In this document: positions 25,990 to 38,924 of the stretch, piece by piece
Position numbering within the stretch: the stretch's first letter is position 1
Layout: each line of letters begins with the position of its first letter
Assembly: GCF_006345805.1 (NCBI RefSeq)
Contig: NC_042998.1
Span: 184,946,001-185,010,000, forward strand
Source of the DNA: Octopus sinensis
Lineage: Eukaryota
DNA: 64,000 bases
Direction of reading: 5' to 3'
Made by a program: the position numbers and the translations under genes
Notes under the pieces: model-generated
The model's input: the letters and a program-made list of their open reading frames with translations, nothing else
What the model was told of the DNA's origin: nothing
Databases searched by the model: none

Positions 25990-26620
25990 GTACTTGAAGA
26001 GAAAATATGAAGGGCACCACCACCACCACCATCACCATCAACACCACCACCGTCATCCTCGCCATCACCATCAACATCACCAACATCATCACCATCACCA
26101 CCAACATCACCACCATCACCACAACCATCATTATCACCACTACCATCACCACCACCATCACTACCATCACCATCAACACCACCACCGTCATCCTCGCCAT
26201 CACCATCAACATCACCAACATCATCACCATCACCACCATCACCACCATCACCACAACCATCATTATCACCACTACCATCACCACCACCATCACTACCATC
26301 ACCATCAACACCACCATCATCATCACCACAACCATCATTATCACCACTACCATCACCAGCACCATCACTACCATCACCATCAACACTACCACCGTCATCC
26401 TCGCCATCACCATCAACATCACCAACATCATCATCATCACCACCATCACCACCATCACCACAACCATCATTATCACCACTACCATCACCACCACCATCAC
26501 TACCATCACCAACACCACCATCATCATCACCACTATCATCACCACCACCACCAACATCGTCACCGCCACCACCGACATCATCACCAACAACAACATCATC
26601 ACCACCATTACCACCATCAC
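25990..26620. repeat. Higher-order minisatellite built from CAC/CAT triplets
   Basis: The landmark accgtcatcctcgccatcaccatcaacatcaccaacatcatc recurs near 26050, 26185 and 26392. Confidence 0.85.
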
Positions 26621-26624
26621 CTAT

Positions 26625-26850
26625 TTCTTTATTACCCACAAGGGGCTAAACACAGAGGGGACAAACAAGGACAGACATAGGTATTAAGTCGATCACATCG
26701 ACCCCAGTGCGTAACTGGTACTTAATTTATCGAACCCGAAAGGATGAAAGGCAAAGTCGACCTCGGCGGAATTTGAACTCACAACGTAACGCAGACGAAA
26801 TACCGCTAAGCATTTCGCCCGGCGTGCTAACGATTCTGCCAGCTCGCCAA
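26625..26850 (-). mobile_element. SINE family M
   Basis: Reverse complement of the 23396 copy. Confidence 0.9.
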
Positions 26851-27359
26851 TTACCACCACCACCACCACCACCACCACCATCACTACTACCAGTATCAGC
26901 AGCAACAACATCGACAAAAACATAAAACTAAAACATCGTCAATAAGAATAGAAATATCAACAACAACAACAACTAAGACAACAAAAACAACAGCAACCAT
27001 AACAACAACAGAACCATCATCAACAACATTAATATCAGCAAGAACAACAACAATAACAATGACAACATAAAGAATTGCCACTGGCAAATAAGAACCACAA
27101 CAGCATCATCGTGTCAGTGAGGATGCAATCACTTCTTTCTACCTTTTCTACTAATACTATAATGGCCTTTGCTCCTCAGAGGTAGCTGGTCTTATGCCAC
27201 CCCGACTTTCGATTCGTCTGTCTCTCTTTTACTCGTCACCTTTGTTGTGTTCAATACTCCAGGCCTTCGTATGAACCACTATATCTAGACCTTCCTCCTC
27301 AGAAAACCGTCCCTCTGGAATTTCCTCTTTGAACATGCTTTTTCTGCAGCTGTTGTATG

Positions 27360-27725
27360 TGGAGGCGCAATGGCCCAGTGGTTAGGATCGCGGTTTCGAT
27401 TCCCAGACCGGGCGTTGTGTGTGTTTATTGAGCTAAAACACCTAAAGCTCCACGAGGCTCCGGCAGGGGTTGGTGGCGACCCCTGTTGTACTGTTTCGCC
27501 CCAACTTTCTCTCACTCCACTCTTACTTCCTGTTTCTGTTGTACCTTATTTCAAGGGACCGGCCTTGTCACTCTCTGTGTCACGCTGAATCTCTTTGCGA
27601 ACTACGTTAAGCGTGCACGTGTCTGTGGAGTGCTCAGCCACTTACACGTTAATTTCACGAGCAGGCTGTTCCGTTGATTCGGATCAACCGGAACCCTCAT
27701 CGTTGTAACCGACGGAGTGCTTCCG
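27360..27725 (+). mobile_element. tRNA-headed SINE, third family
   Basis: ggaggcgcaatggcccagtggttagg (A-box) ... ggtttcgattccc (B-box), followed by a ~300-bp body. Confidence 0.65.
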
Positions 27726-28074
27726 CCGCGTATGTTTATATTTCCCAGTAATCTCACTTATCTGGAAGTGCCTGCGAAGGCCATGGCCACTGTTATTACC
27801 TCCAGATCTAACTCATATAAAATAATATACCAGGTATTGAGTTCGAACTTAGAACCTCAAAACTGAAGAGCAAACTGTTAATCACTCGATCAAGCCTAGT
27901 AATATGATTGGCTACTTACTTACTTATGTAGATTCTTGGCGTTTCTGGCTGGGCCTGTTATAATGCTGTGCAGTGCAATTTCAGTGGAATAGTAATATCA
28001 AACTGTGAACAAAGACCATACACTGCTTCGAGGAAACGTATTTCGTCATATGTAAAATACGTGGAGATTTATAC

Positions 28075-28530
28075 AAAATCTCTGAGACTAAATTTGGAGG
28101 TAGATTTTATACTTGGGAGTACGAAAAAGGTAAGCGGATGAACGATAGAAACTTTTAGCACAAAATAATAGAAATGAAAGAGAAAATTGAGAAGGAGTAC
28201 ATCAGAAAGGTGAGGAAGTTAATGAAGCCAAATCTAAATGGTCCGAATCTAGTGAAGGCTGTAAATGCTTCGGCAGTATCGGTGCTTAGATATTCAGCAG
28301 CCTTTTGCAGATTGGACAAAATCTGAATCAGAAGTAGGAGGCAATCCAATATGGACGGGGGCTTCGACCTAGAGCAGGAGTAACAAGATTGTATGTACCT
28401 AAAAAGGAAGGCAGTAGAGGTTTAATATCACTCGACGATTGTGTGGAGTTAGCTAGAGTAGATATAGCCTCTTAAGTAGATAATAGTGAGGAAAATTTAT
28501 TAATTTTATTATCTGACTGGCAAGAGAAGG
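28075..28530 (+). mobile_element. Old R4/Dong-type LINE fragment (RT thumb region)
   Basis: YLGV...KEYIRKVRKLMKPNLNGPNLVKAVNASAVSVLRYSA, then LYVPKKEGSRGLIS across frames. Confidence 0.7.
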
Positions 28531-28574
28531 TTTTGCGTGGTACTCTGTTGCGCGTAAATGAAATGATAATAATA

Positions 28575-28942
28575 AACTTTTCTACAGAAAGCACAAGGCC
28601 TGAAATTTAGTGGAAGGAGACTAGTCGATTACATCGACCCCAGTGCGTAACTGGTACTTATTTCATCGACCCCGCACGGATGAAAGGCAGAGTCGACCCC
28701 GGCGGAATTTGAACTCAGAACGCTGTGGCAGATGAAACATGGCTATGTATATCGCCCGGTGTGCCTGAAATAATAATAATAATTATTATAATTATTATTT
28801 TAAATTTTTGCCGCAAGGGCAGCCTGGGAAAGGTGGGGGGACTCCGAAAGGATGAAAGGCAAAGTCGACCGCGACCGCGGCGGAATTTGGACGCAGAACG
28901 TAACGGCAGACGAAACACCGATAAACATTTAACCCGATGTGC
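28575..28942 (-). mobile_element. SINE family M plus a tandem partial copy
   Basis: Two heads (about 28575-28765 and 28795-28942) end at the same tgtgcctgaaataataat junction. Confidence 0.75.
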
Positions 28943-28968
28943 CTGAAATAATAATAATAATAATAATA

Positions 28969-29011
<43 letters not shown>

Positions 29012-29071
29012 GATGATGATGTTGATGATGATGATCATGATGATGATGATGATGATGATGATGATAGAAAG

Positions 29072-31530
29072 CAAAGATAGCAAGATACGACAAAAGAATG
29101 AAGAGATACCAGCAGAATAAGTTATTCAGAGTGGATCAAAAGAGTTTCTTCAAAGAAATAAATGGTGAGTGTACAGATGAAAAGTTGATATCATATAACA
29201 TTGAAAGTCCAAGGTTTTGGAGTGACGTCTGGACCAAAGACAAGGGGCACAGGAAGGATACTGAATGGTTGCAAGAACTGAACTAAACAGTAGTCTGTCC
29301 AAAACAGGCAGAACTAGTAAATTCAGTTAGGAAAGTGAAGGAAATCAGCAAAAAAATGAGCAACTGGAAGGCCCCGGGACCAGATGGAGTTCAAGGCTAC
29401 TGGATCAAAAGATTTGGTGAATGTCATTCACGAATAGCTGCGCAACTCAACACCTTGTTAAATGCTGACCAAGTAACACCAGAGTGGTTGACATTGGGTA
29501 AGACAGTGCTGTGCCTGAAAAACATTGAAAAAGGCAATACGGTAGACAATTACAGGGCGATATCTTGCTTACAACTTATGTGGAAATTATTGACTGGAAT
29601 AGTCGCAGAGTCAATGTACGGATATCTGGAAAAAAATGGAGTATTGCCACATGAGCTGAAGGGTTGCAAGCGTAAGTACAGAGGTACCAAGGATCAACTC
29701 TTTATAGACAAAACTGTACTTAGAGACTGCAAGAGACGGAAAAGTAACTTAACCATGTCATGGATCGATTATCGTAAGGCGTAGGATATGATGCCACATT
29801 CTTGGATTATGGAATGTATGAGCCTATTTGGTATTACACCGAATGTTGAGAGATTGCTTGGAAAAAGTATGGCGAAGTGGAAGACGGTACTCACAATGTA
29901 TGGAAAAAGTTTAAAGACAATAGGAGAGGCATCTTCTAAGGGTACCGCCTGTCCCCACTGATCTTTGTACTGTGCTTGATACTACTAAGACTGATTTTGT
30001 GGAAAGCAAAAGCTCGATATGTATTCAAAAACCGCCAACAAAATGTCAACCACTTGTTATTCATGGATCACCACAAACTTTATGGTAAAGATGAAGCCCA
30101 AGTCAGTTCCCTCGTTGATACGGTGTATACATTCAGTGCTGATATCAGAATGGAGGTCGGACTGAAGAAGTGTGGTGTGTTAGTCTTGAAGGGAGGCAAA
30201 ATCAAATGTATGGACGGACTAGGGATACCGTCGGGGAAGGTTATGAAGCAGATAAAAGAGACGGGCTATAAGTACTTGGGGATATTGGAAATAGATAAAT
30301 TGATGGAGAAAGAAATGACAGAAAACTTTGAGAAGGAGTATTTGCGCAGACTAAGAATGATCCTTGAGTCGAAATTAAACGGACGAAATAAAATTGAAGC
30401 TATCAACACCTAGGCGGTTTCACTCCTTAGATATGGAGCAGGGGTAATCGCATGGACAATAGACGAACTAAACAGCTTAGACAGAAAGACAAAGAAGTTG
30501 CTGAGTAGATATGGGATACTCCACCCAAAGAGTGACACAGCATTAGAACAGAAGAAAACAACATAGCATGGTATATAAAAATGCCATAGAACCACTATTA
30601 TTGGAATTAAGAAGGTCAGGCTTGTGTAGGATGGAAAATTGCAAAGATAAAGCATTGTACAAGGATTTGAGAATGAACGAAACTGAAAATAGGTGGATAA
30701 AGAAAAGAATGCATAGACAATTTCATAGAGATGTTGAAGATAAGACAGACAGAAAAAAAGATGGCTATGGATGACTAAAAGTGATTTAAAACCGGGAATG
30801 GAGGCTCTAATCTGTGATGCCCAAGAGCAAACATTAAGAACCAATTACATCAAATACGGAATAGACAACACATCAGAAGGTGATAAATGCAGAATTTGTG
30901 GACAAAATGGTGAAACCGTATGATATATTACCAGTCAATGTACGCCACAAGCCCAGAAAGAATATAAGATATGTCATGGAAATATAGCAAGGATTGTCCA
31001 TTGGACACTTTGCAACAAAGATGGACTTGACAGAGCAAACAAGTGGTACGAACATGCACCCGAAGGCATCATTGAAAATGATACCCCTATGGGATTTCAT
31101 GATTCAGTGCGACCCTGAGATAGGGAATAGGAAATCAGGCATAGTGCTAATTGAGAAAGTAAGCAAACGATGATGGATCATAGATATAGCATGCATAGTT
31201 GACAACAAGGTATGCGATAAGGAGGAAAGAAAAGTCGATAGATATGACAGGTTAGCTTGGGAGGTTAAGCAGTTGTGGTCATGGAAAAAGGTGGTAGTAG
31301 TACCAATAATTGTTGGAGCCCTGGAAACTGAGCAAAAATCTTGAGAAGTACGCGGAGCAAATAGAGGCTGCAATAAGAATGGAGCACTTTCAGAAAACAG
31401 CACTGCTTGGAACCGCTCGAATACTCCGGAAGGTGCTCGAAAAATAAAGGGTGTTACCTTAGTTTATTGCTAGTTAACAGCTGACACCGTAGTACATCTG
31501 CAGCGTTAGAAGCTGTGCAAAGACAATAAA
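29072..31530 (+). mobile_element. 5'-truncated decayed R4/Dong-type LINE, family B
   Basis: RT motifs (KAPGPDG, NYRAISCL, WIDYRKA, LLFMDH, YKYLG), CCHC-type CRICGQ, restriction-like endonuclease region (IIVGALET, KTALLGTARILRKVLE); (aat)n/(gat)n 5' flank and aataataat tail. Confidence 0.9.
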
Positions 31531-31544
31531 ACAATAATAATAAT

Positions 31545-31730
31545 GATTTCAAGTTTTTTTCACAAGGGCAGCCATTCTGTGGGAAGGGATGAGTCGATTA
31601 TATCGACCCCAGTATTCAACTAGTACTTAATTCATTGACCCCCAAATCCATGAAAAGCAAAGATCGGGGTGACGGGAGAAATACTGCTAAGCATTTCGTT
31701 CAGCATGCCAACGATTCTGCCAGCTCGCCG
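31545..31730 (-). mobile_element. SINE family M (degenerate)
   Basis: gtcgattatatcgaccccagt ... acgattctgccagctcgcc followed by (aat)n. Confidence 0.75.
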
Positions 31731-31750
31731 CTGTAATAATAATAATAATG

Positions 31751-31815
<65 letters not shown>

Positions 31816-32107
31816 GATAATAATGATAATCTTCCTTAAACAACCCTTATTCAGGGACCTTCTGAGCGGGATGGTCTACTCTACCTGAAAAACATTCTAA
31901 CTGGGCCCCACCTGCAAGGTCATGAGCTGTTTATCTGTATATGAGATCACCATGTCGTGCACATATGGTTGTGATGCATGCACCTCGTTTACCCTTATCA
32001 GACGGGTAGTAATGATGGGTATACTGGGCTTCGTATATTTTACCCCAGTGTCACTTTGATGGCATGCACAGCTCTCACACTCAATAATAATAATAATAAT
32101 AATAATA

Positions 32108-32150
<43 letters not shown>

Positions 32151-32167
32151 TTAATAATAACAACAAC

Positions 32168-32529
32168 AAGAGCATTCAGAGAGCGCAAACCTCCGCCAGA
32201 GCAACACCAACGTCCTCTCAACGATTGGCTGGATACGATTTTTTAAATGAGAATATCTAAAGTAAACTCGACTACTCTAACAAACAGGAATACTAAAAAT
32301 GAACCCGACCGCTCTCAAAAATTAAGTAAAAAAACAACGGAAACATAATCCAGAATCCTTGTCCGGTGCCGGATCAATCCCAAAATCTAATCAGTTCGTG
32401 CCAGTCACAGGGTCAAACATCCCTGAAAGTTTCATCCGGATCCATCCAGCAGTTTTTGAAATATCTTGTCCACGGACAGACAAACAAACAAACAAACACG
32501 ACTGAAAACAATACCTCTGCCTTCGCTAA
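32168..32529 (-). mobile_element. Helentron/DINE-1-like non-autonomous element
   Basis: Subterminal inverted motif acctccgcc, internal (gtct/gttt)n, terminal hairpin partly lost; homologous to 63254-63527. Confidence 0.65.
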
Positions 32530-32539
32530 CAACAACAAC

Positions 32540-32611
<72 letters not shown>

Positions 32612-32622
32612 TAATAATAATA

Positions 32623-35600
32623 GACACCGGGGAGAAGGGAGAGACACCGGGGACGTTTAAGACGTAAGAAGGAAAATACAGAGCTCTGAAATCTATCCAC
32701 AAACATCGAAAACAAGGACACCCTATGGAGCCAAAGATTTACTAACAAAGAATTGGACTATATCCGAGTAAGTAATACGAATTGAAATTTATTACTATTT
32801 TCGAAACGAAATGATGTATTTTGACTCGATATTATCTCCACCTCTAACACAACACATGTAAACATGCGTAGAACAACACGATCATCCCCGACCTCAAACA
32901 CCATGTACAAAGGAACTACGAAGAAATTAAATGCCACCGATACTATTCAACCCAAGAATAACAATCGAGCGGTACGTACATTAAACCTACAACAAAAAAT
33001 GTACGAAAAACTACACGTGCGAAATAATGTGACAACAGAAATAAACGGACCGGTACCCTACGAAAATGACGACCGTCAAAATAATGAGCCGGACGTTGTA
33101 CCTCATGTCCCGCAATTAAAACCCAAAAGACGTAAATGGACACGTGAGGAATACATTTCTATCTTACACGCATACTTCACAGCAATGCTCTACCCACAAA
33201 ATGAAAATACAACAACACATACATATAAAATATGGAAGGAAAATAATAGAGATATAGACTTGGATACAGCAATGAACCCTAATAAATTAGCTAACGTACG
33301 AAGATACATTCTCAAAGCCAAAAAAATATCAGAAATAGAAATAGAACATTTAAAAGAAAAAATACACCAGGAAAATGTAGATAGAAGCCACACAACAATG
33401 CCCAATAATATAAACACTGAAACTGTAAAACACGAAGACAAACGCAACATTCCCAACAAACACGATGTAAACAACGAAGGGGAGCCTAATGATTATGATA
33501 ATATAAAAAATAAAATAATCAAAGAACTGAAAACACAGAGCCCAAAATGGACCACCGACCATACCTCCCAAGAATAAAAATAAACGCAATAACAACACCA
33601 ATTATAAACAACATAAACCTAGCCGTCACTGAACTAGCCACTGAAACAAAAAAAAGTGATATCACTGAACTAAATGACTTGATATACGCAGCAGCCACTG
33701 CAGCCACAAAAGAAGCTGGTTACTCACCCAAACCAGCCCAAACAGGAGTACCACCACCCAAACAAACCCTGTGGATAAATAACATCCAAAACAAAATAAA
33801 AAAAATTAGAAAAGACCTGTCGATTCTTAATGAAATCAGCAAACAAGCAACGCTACTAAGCAACAAAAAGAGAACAAAAATACTCCGCAAATATAACATC
33901 ACAGAAAAAGATTTGCCGGAGATAAAAGAAAAGCTGAAGCAAGATATCCTTGCCAAAGCTCAAAGGATCCGCCGGTACGAGAAACGCCAACGCTTCTTTG
34001 AACAGAACAAAAAGTTCAACTCCGACCCCAAAAAGTTCTACCAAGAACTGGGCAAAAATAAAATAGAAGTCACTGCAGCACCAACGGCAGAAGAATTGGA
34101 AGAATTCTGGAGAGAAATATGGTCGGCGAACGAACAGCCAAAAAAAAGGAGTATGAAAATAACAAACTCGGCATCTGAACAACTTTGGACCCCCATAACA
34201 ACTGAAGAGGTCACCCAGGCACTGCAAAAACTAAGCAACTGGAAGGCACCTGGGCATGACAAGATCCCCAACTTCTGGTTGAAATATCTAACAGGAATGC
34301 ACAAAAAGCTGGCTGAAAACTTTAACAGCATACTAGCAGAGCCAGAGACAATACCTGAATGGCTCACGAAGGGGAAAACCATCTTATTTCCCAAATCAAA
34401 TGAAACAACAAAACCAGAAAACTACAAACCAATAACCTGCCTCCCTACTATGTTCAAGGCATTTACTGCAGTGATATCGCAAAGGCTGAACAAGCACCTG
34501 GACGAAAACAAACTGTTCCCAGAAGAGCAGAAAGGATGCCGCAAGGGCTCATATAGCTGTAAAGATCAACTAATGATTAATAAAGCCGTAACTGAAGACA
34601 GCCACAGAAAGAAGAAAGGCCTCAGTATGGCCTGGATTGACTACAAAAGGCGTTTGATAGCATCCCCCACACATGGATCCTCGAAACACTAGCCATTAAC
34701 AAAGTAGCACCAACAATCATAAAATTCATAGAGCACTCTATGAATAAATGGCAAACAGTCCTACACCTCCAAACAAAAGAGGGACTCATGATAATCAAAG
34801 ACATCCCCATTAGAAGAGGAATATTCCAAGGAGACACGCTCTCTCCACTCCTTTTCTGCTTGGCACTGTCACCTCTATCTGATATGCTAAATAGAACTGG
34901 ATGCGGATATAAATGTTACGGCAAAACGATCAGCCACCTTTTATATATGGATGACCTAAAACTATACGCTGCAAATGACAAACAGCTGGAAACACTACTA
35001 AAGACAGTTCATGGATTTACCAAAGAAATAGATATGAAATTTGGATTAGAAAAATGCGCCAAAGTAACCATGAAAAGAGGAAAACTAGTTAAGAGTAACA
35101 ACATCACACTAGATAAAACCAATGAAATAAAAGAATTAGACCAAAGCCAAACTTACAAATACTTAGGAATCCATGAACTAGATAAGACACAACACACACA
35201 AATGAAAGAGAAAATAAAAAAAGAATATTATAGACGAGTTAGATCAATACTAAAAACAGAGCTCAATGCTAAAAACAAGATAATAGGTATCAACACTTTA
35301 GCTGTCACAGTTATAAGTTACAGCTACAATATCCTTAACTGGACACGAAATGAACTGTCCAAAATAGATAGGAAAACAAGAAAAATACTGACAGGATCTA
35401 GGATGCATCACCAAAAATCTGACATAGAAAGACTATATATACAACGTATAGAAGGTGGTAGAGGCCTTATACAGCTGGAAAACTACTATAAAATAACCAC
35501 CATAGGACTGCAAAAATACCTACTTCAGAAGGAAGGAAAACTGATCCAGATAGCAGCAAAACACGAGCAAAACAAAAAACTGTTCTCAGTATTTAAGGAA

Positions 35601-36597
35601 GCTGACAAATACAAACAAGAAATCATACCACCTAATAAACACAAAGAAGAAGAAGATGATGAAGAAACAACAAAAGCTATAAAACAAATGAAATCCAAAC
35701 TAAAAATAGAACAGCAACGAGCCATGATAAAACGATGGCAAGAAAAACCCCTTCATGGTAAATACTGCACTAAACTAAACGCAAAAGAAATAGACAAAGA
35801 AAAATCCCAGCAATGGTTGAGAAGCTCAGGACTCAAAGCAGAAACAGAGGGATTTTTAATTGCAGAACAAGACCAAAGCCTCCCCACCAGAAATTACCAA
35901 AAACATGTAATGAAAAGAAATATTACAAGTAACTGCAGAATATGTGGAGATGGACAAGAAACAATAAATCATATTATCTCTAGCTGCCCAGTCCTGGCTA
36001 AGAAGGAATATATTCACAGACATGACAGAGTTGGAACCTACATACATTGGAAGCTATGCCAACATTATGGAATAACAACAGAAAAAAGATGGTATAGGCA
36101 CACACCAGAAAAGGTCACAGAAAACGAGAAAGCAACCATACTCTGGGATATGCCGATACACACAGATAGAGAAATTAAGGCCAACAGACCAGATATAGTT
36201 GTCAGAGATCATGAAGAAAAAAAATGCTTTCTAATTGATGTATCAATACCGGCAGATGACAACGTGTCTCTAAAAGAAATGGAGAAACTCTCAAAATACA
36301 AAGACATGGAAATAGAGATAACTAGAATGTGGAACCTGAAAACGGAAACAATTCCTATCATAGTAGGTGCATTAGGCATGATAAAAAAATATTCAGACAA
36401 ATACATAACAAAAACACCAGGACTTACAAACACATATAACATACAGAAAATTGCACTACTAGGCACTGCACACATCCTACGCAGAACACTTTCCATACAA
36501 TAACCATCAGAGCATCACAACAAATCACAGCACATACCCAAGGCACACAGAGCTGCGCTCGGTAGTGAAGCGAAAGCACGCTATAAAAATAAAACTA

Positions 36598-36600
<3 letters not shown>
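32623..36600 (+). mobile_element. Near-intact R4/Dong-type non-LTR retrotransposon, family A, inserted in (AAT)n
   Basis: (aat)n on both sides, 5'UTR, long ORF with RT and restriction-like endonuclease, ~100-bp 3'UTR. Confidence 0.95.
32864..36503 (+). CDS. R4/Dong polyprotein (RT, CCHC knuckle, PD-(D/E)xK endonuclease), split by two single-base frameshifts
   Basis: ORFs 32864-33577, 33547-34692 and 34740-36503. Motifs KAPGHD, NYKPITCL, QKGCRK, RGIFQGDTLSPLLF, LYMDDLKL, YKYLG, CRICGDGQETINHIISSC, RPDIVV...LIDVSIP and EKLSKY. Confidence 0.9.
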
Positions 36601-36674
<74 letters not shown>

Positions 36675-36699
36675 GATTATTACTGAGAGGAAATAATTA

Positions 36700-37830
36700 T
36701 AGACCAGCCCAGAACTGATGAAAACGCAGTAATGATTGAAAGATTTAATGTAACTGATAAGCAAAGTGAAATACTCCCTGAACCAACCATAAACACTAAG
36801 GCAGATGAACATCAAATAGATGAAGAAAGTCACACAGAAATTGACCCAACAGAATTACATGATCTAAAATATGAAATCATGATTGAATGGCTGAAAATTA
36901 AAGAAATCAGTATGAATGAACGCGACACTCTCCCAAAAATTCGCAATTCTTACCAAAACCTGAAAATAATTGGTAAAATCCGCCTTGCACTTAAGGATAT
37001 AATTTCAGCTAATGATACTGATATTACAGATCTCAACCACCTGTACTATGCATCCGTGAAAATCTCAACGATTTTGTGGTGAAAAGATTAGAAAACAACA
37101 TTCCCACAAAAAGCCTACTTGGCAAGAGCGTATTCAACACCAAATTCAGCTACTTTGGTCTGGCATAGAATGTTTAAAAACCTTAAGTTTGACAAGACTA
37201 TGAAACCTACAAAAGCCCGAAAATTAAAGAAAAAATATATGAAAACCATATTTGACATGGATACCACCATAGTAACCATTAAGCAAAAGGTATGTGCTAA
37301 AGCTTCCCGCATAGCAAGGTATGAAAAGCGTGTTAGACTCTTCAAGGACAACAACATGTTCAAAAATAACCCCCAAAATTTTTGCAGGAAGATAGGAAAA
37401 ATACCAGTTACTGTAAAGCCTGTCCCATCAAAAGAAGAAGTGCAGGAATTTTGGAATAAAATTTTGGTAGAAGAAAAAACACGCAATGAAAAGGCCTTTG
37501 GATTGGTAGAATATCTACAGACTTAGGCTCCTTAGAAGAGCAAAAGTGGGATGGTATCAAGGTGGAGGATATAAGATCTGCTCTCAGGAAGTCAAACAAA
37601 TGAAAGGATAAAAATCCTAACTTCTGGTTGAATGCCTTTCCAGAGAGCCATGAACTGCTAACAAAACTTTACAACAATGTTTTGCAACAACCTAGTATGA
37701 TTCCCTCTTGGATAGTTATGGTGTAACATTTACTACCAAACAATGAAGAAACAAACGAACCAAAAAATTATAGACCCATAACCTGCTTATCAACCATGTA
37801 TAAAACACTAACATCTGTCTTGATTGAATA
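36700..37830 (+). mobile_element. Old R4/Dong-type fragment (third family) directly downstream of the full-length copy
   Basis: KQKVCAKASRIARYEKR, PNFWLNAF and KNYRPITCLSTMYKTLTS; stops and frameshifts. Confidence 0.8.
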
Positions 37831-38486
37831 TGTTTTGAATGGATTAAAATTTAGAATATACACACGGGCTGTGTGGTTAAGAAACTCTTTGCAGCATGTG
37901 GTTTTGGGTTTATAAATGTCTTCTACTATAGCCCTGGGCCAAGATAAATATCTTTTACTATATCCCTGGACCGACCAATGCCAAGCGAGTGAATGTGGAA
38001 GCCTGTTGTGGTTCAACTAAACCCTTCAAGCGGTGCCCCATCATTGCTGCAGTTTAGTGACCAAAACATGTAAAAGAAAAGATAAAACAAAAAGCAAATA
38101 CTTACAGATATTTCATCCGATGCTCTGGGAGTCTAAGTTACGCAACCGACTTGATGACGACGTAAAACTGTTATGTTGTGAAATACGTTAAGGTAACTAA
38201 CCGTTAATTAGCGGTGAGAAGAGCGCCTTTATACTGTTGCCCGACTTGCTAAAAATAACAGCCAAATCAAGACGATACTATAACTCTCTCATAGTTTTTT
38301 ATAATTCCTCTCGAAATGCACTAACACCACCGATTATAGTTACATTGCATCCTTCTCAGTTAAACATAATGCTTGATGCATCGCTAACAGTAGATTGTTG
38401 CATTGTTGTTGTAGATAGTTGCGATACTATTTCCTGATGAAGATATTAAAGTCAGGATGTAGGGGTGGGGAAGGTGTGTGGTTGCA

Positions 38487-38924
38487 GGTACAATGGATTA
38501 ACCCATTTAGCAAAATAAACGCGTGCTTAGGGCATCAAGGGATGGGGGCACTACAGATATGAAAATGGTTTACGCACGAAAGAAATCACTTCAAACTTGC
38601 TAAAATGATATTCGTACTACCTTTTCTTTGCTAAGTATAGAAGCAGAAGTTTTACGTAAAATTAAGTTTAACAATATCATGGAACACTTTGCAATAAAAA
38701 AAAACGAGCGCAAACTTTTCAAAAAATATAAATAAAATAGAAGCATACAGAAATAAACATTATTTTCTATCTTACTGTGAATTTTGTTAAAAATTAATTC
38801 AATGGTTTATTTTCGTTTACATTTTGAATTATTTTTGTTTACGGTTTGAACCATTGACATATACTTGAGGGAGCCAAAACCTTTTAAGTGCTTAGGGCCT
38901 CTATGAGTCTTAATCCGACACTGG
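38487..38924. mobile_element. Possible hAT-type MITE
   Basis: Right end gtcttaatccgacactgg; degenerate left end caatggattaaccc; internal gtgcttagggc near both ends. Confidence 0.35.

Noticed and set aside
38430-38460. cCTGATGAagat-attaaa-gtc
   Set aside because: 5' half only; the GAAA and cleavage site are missing.
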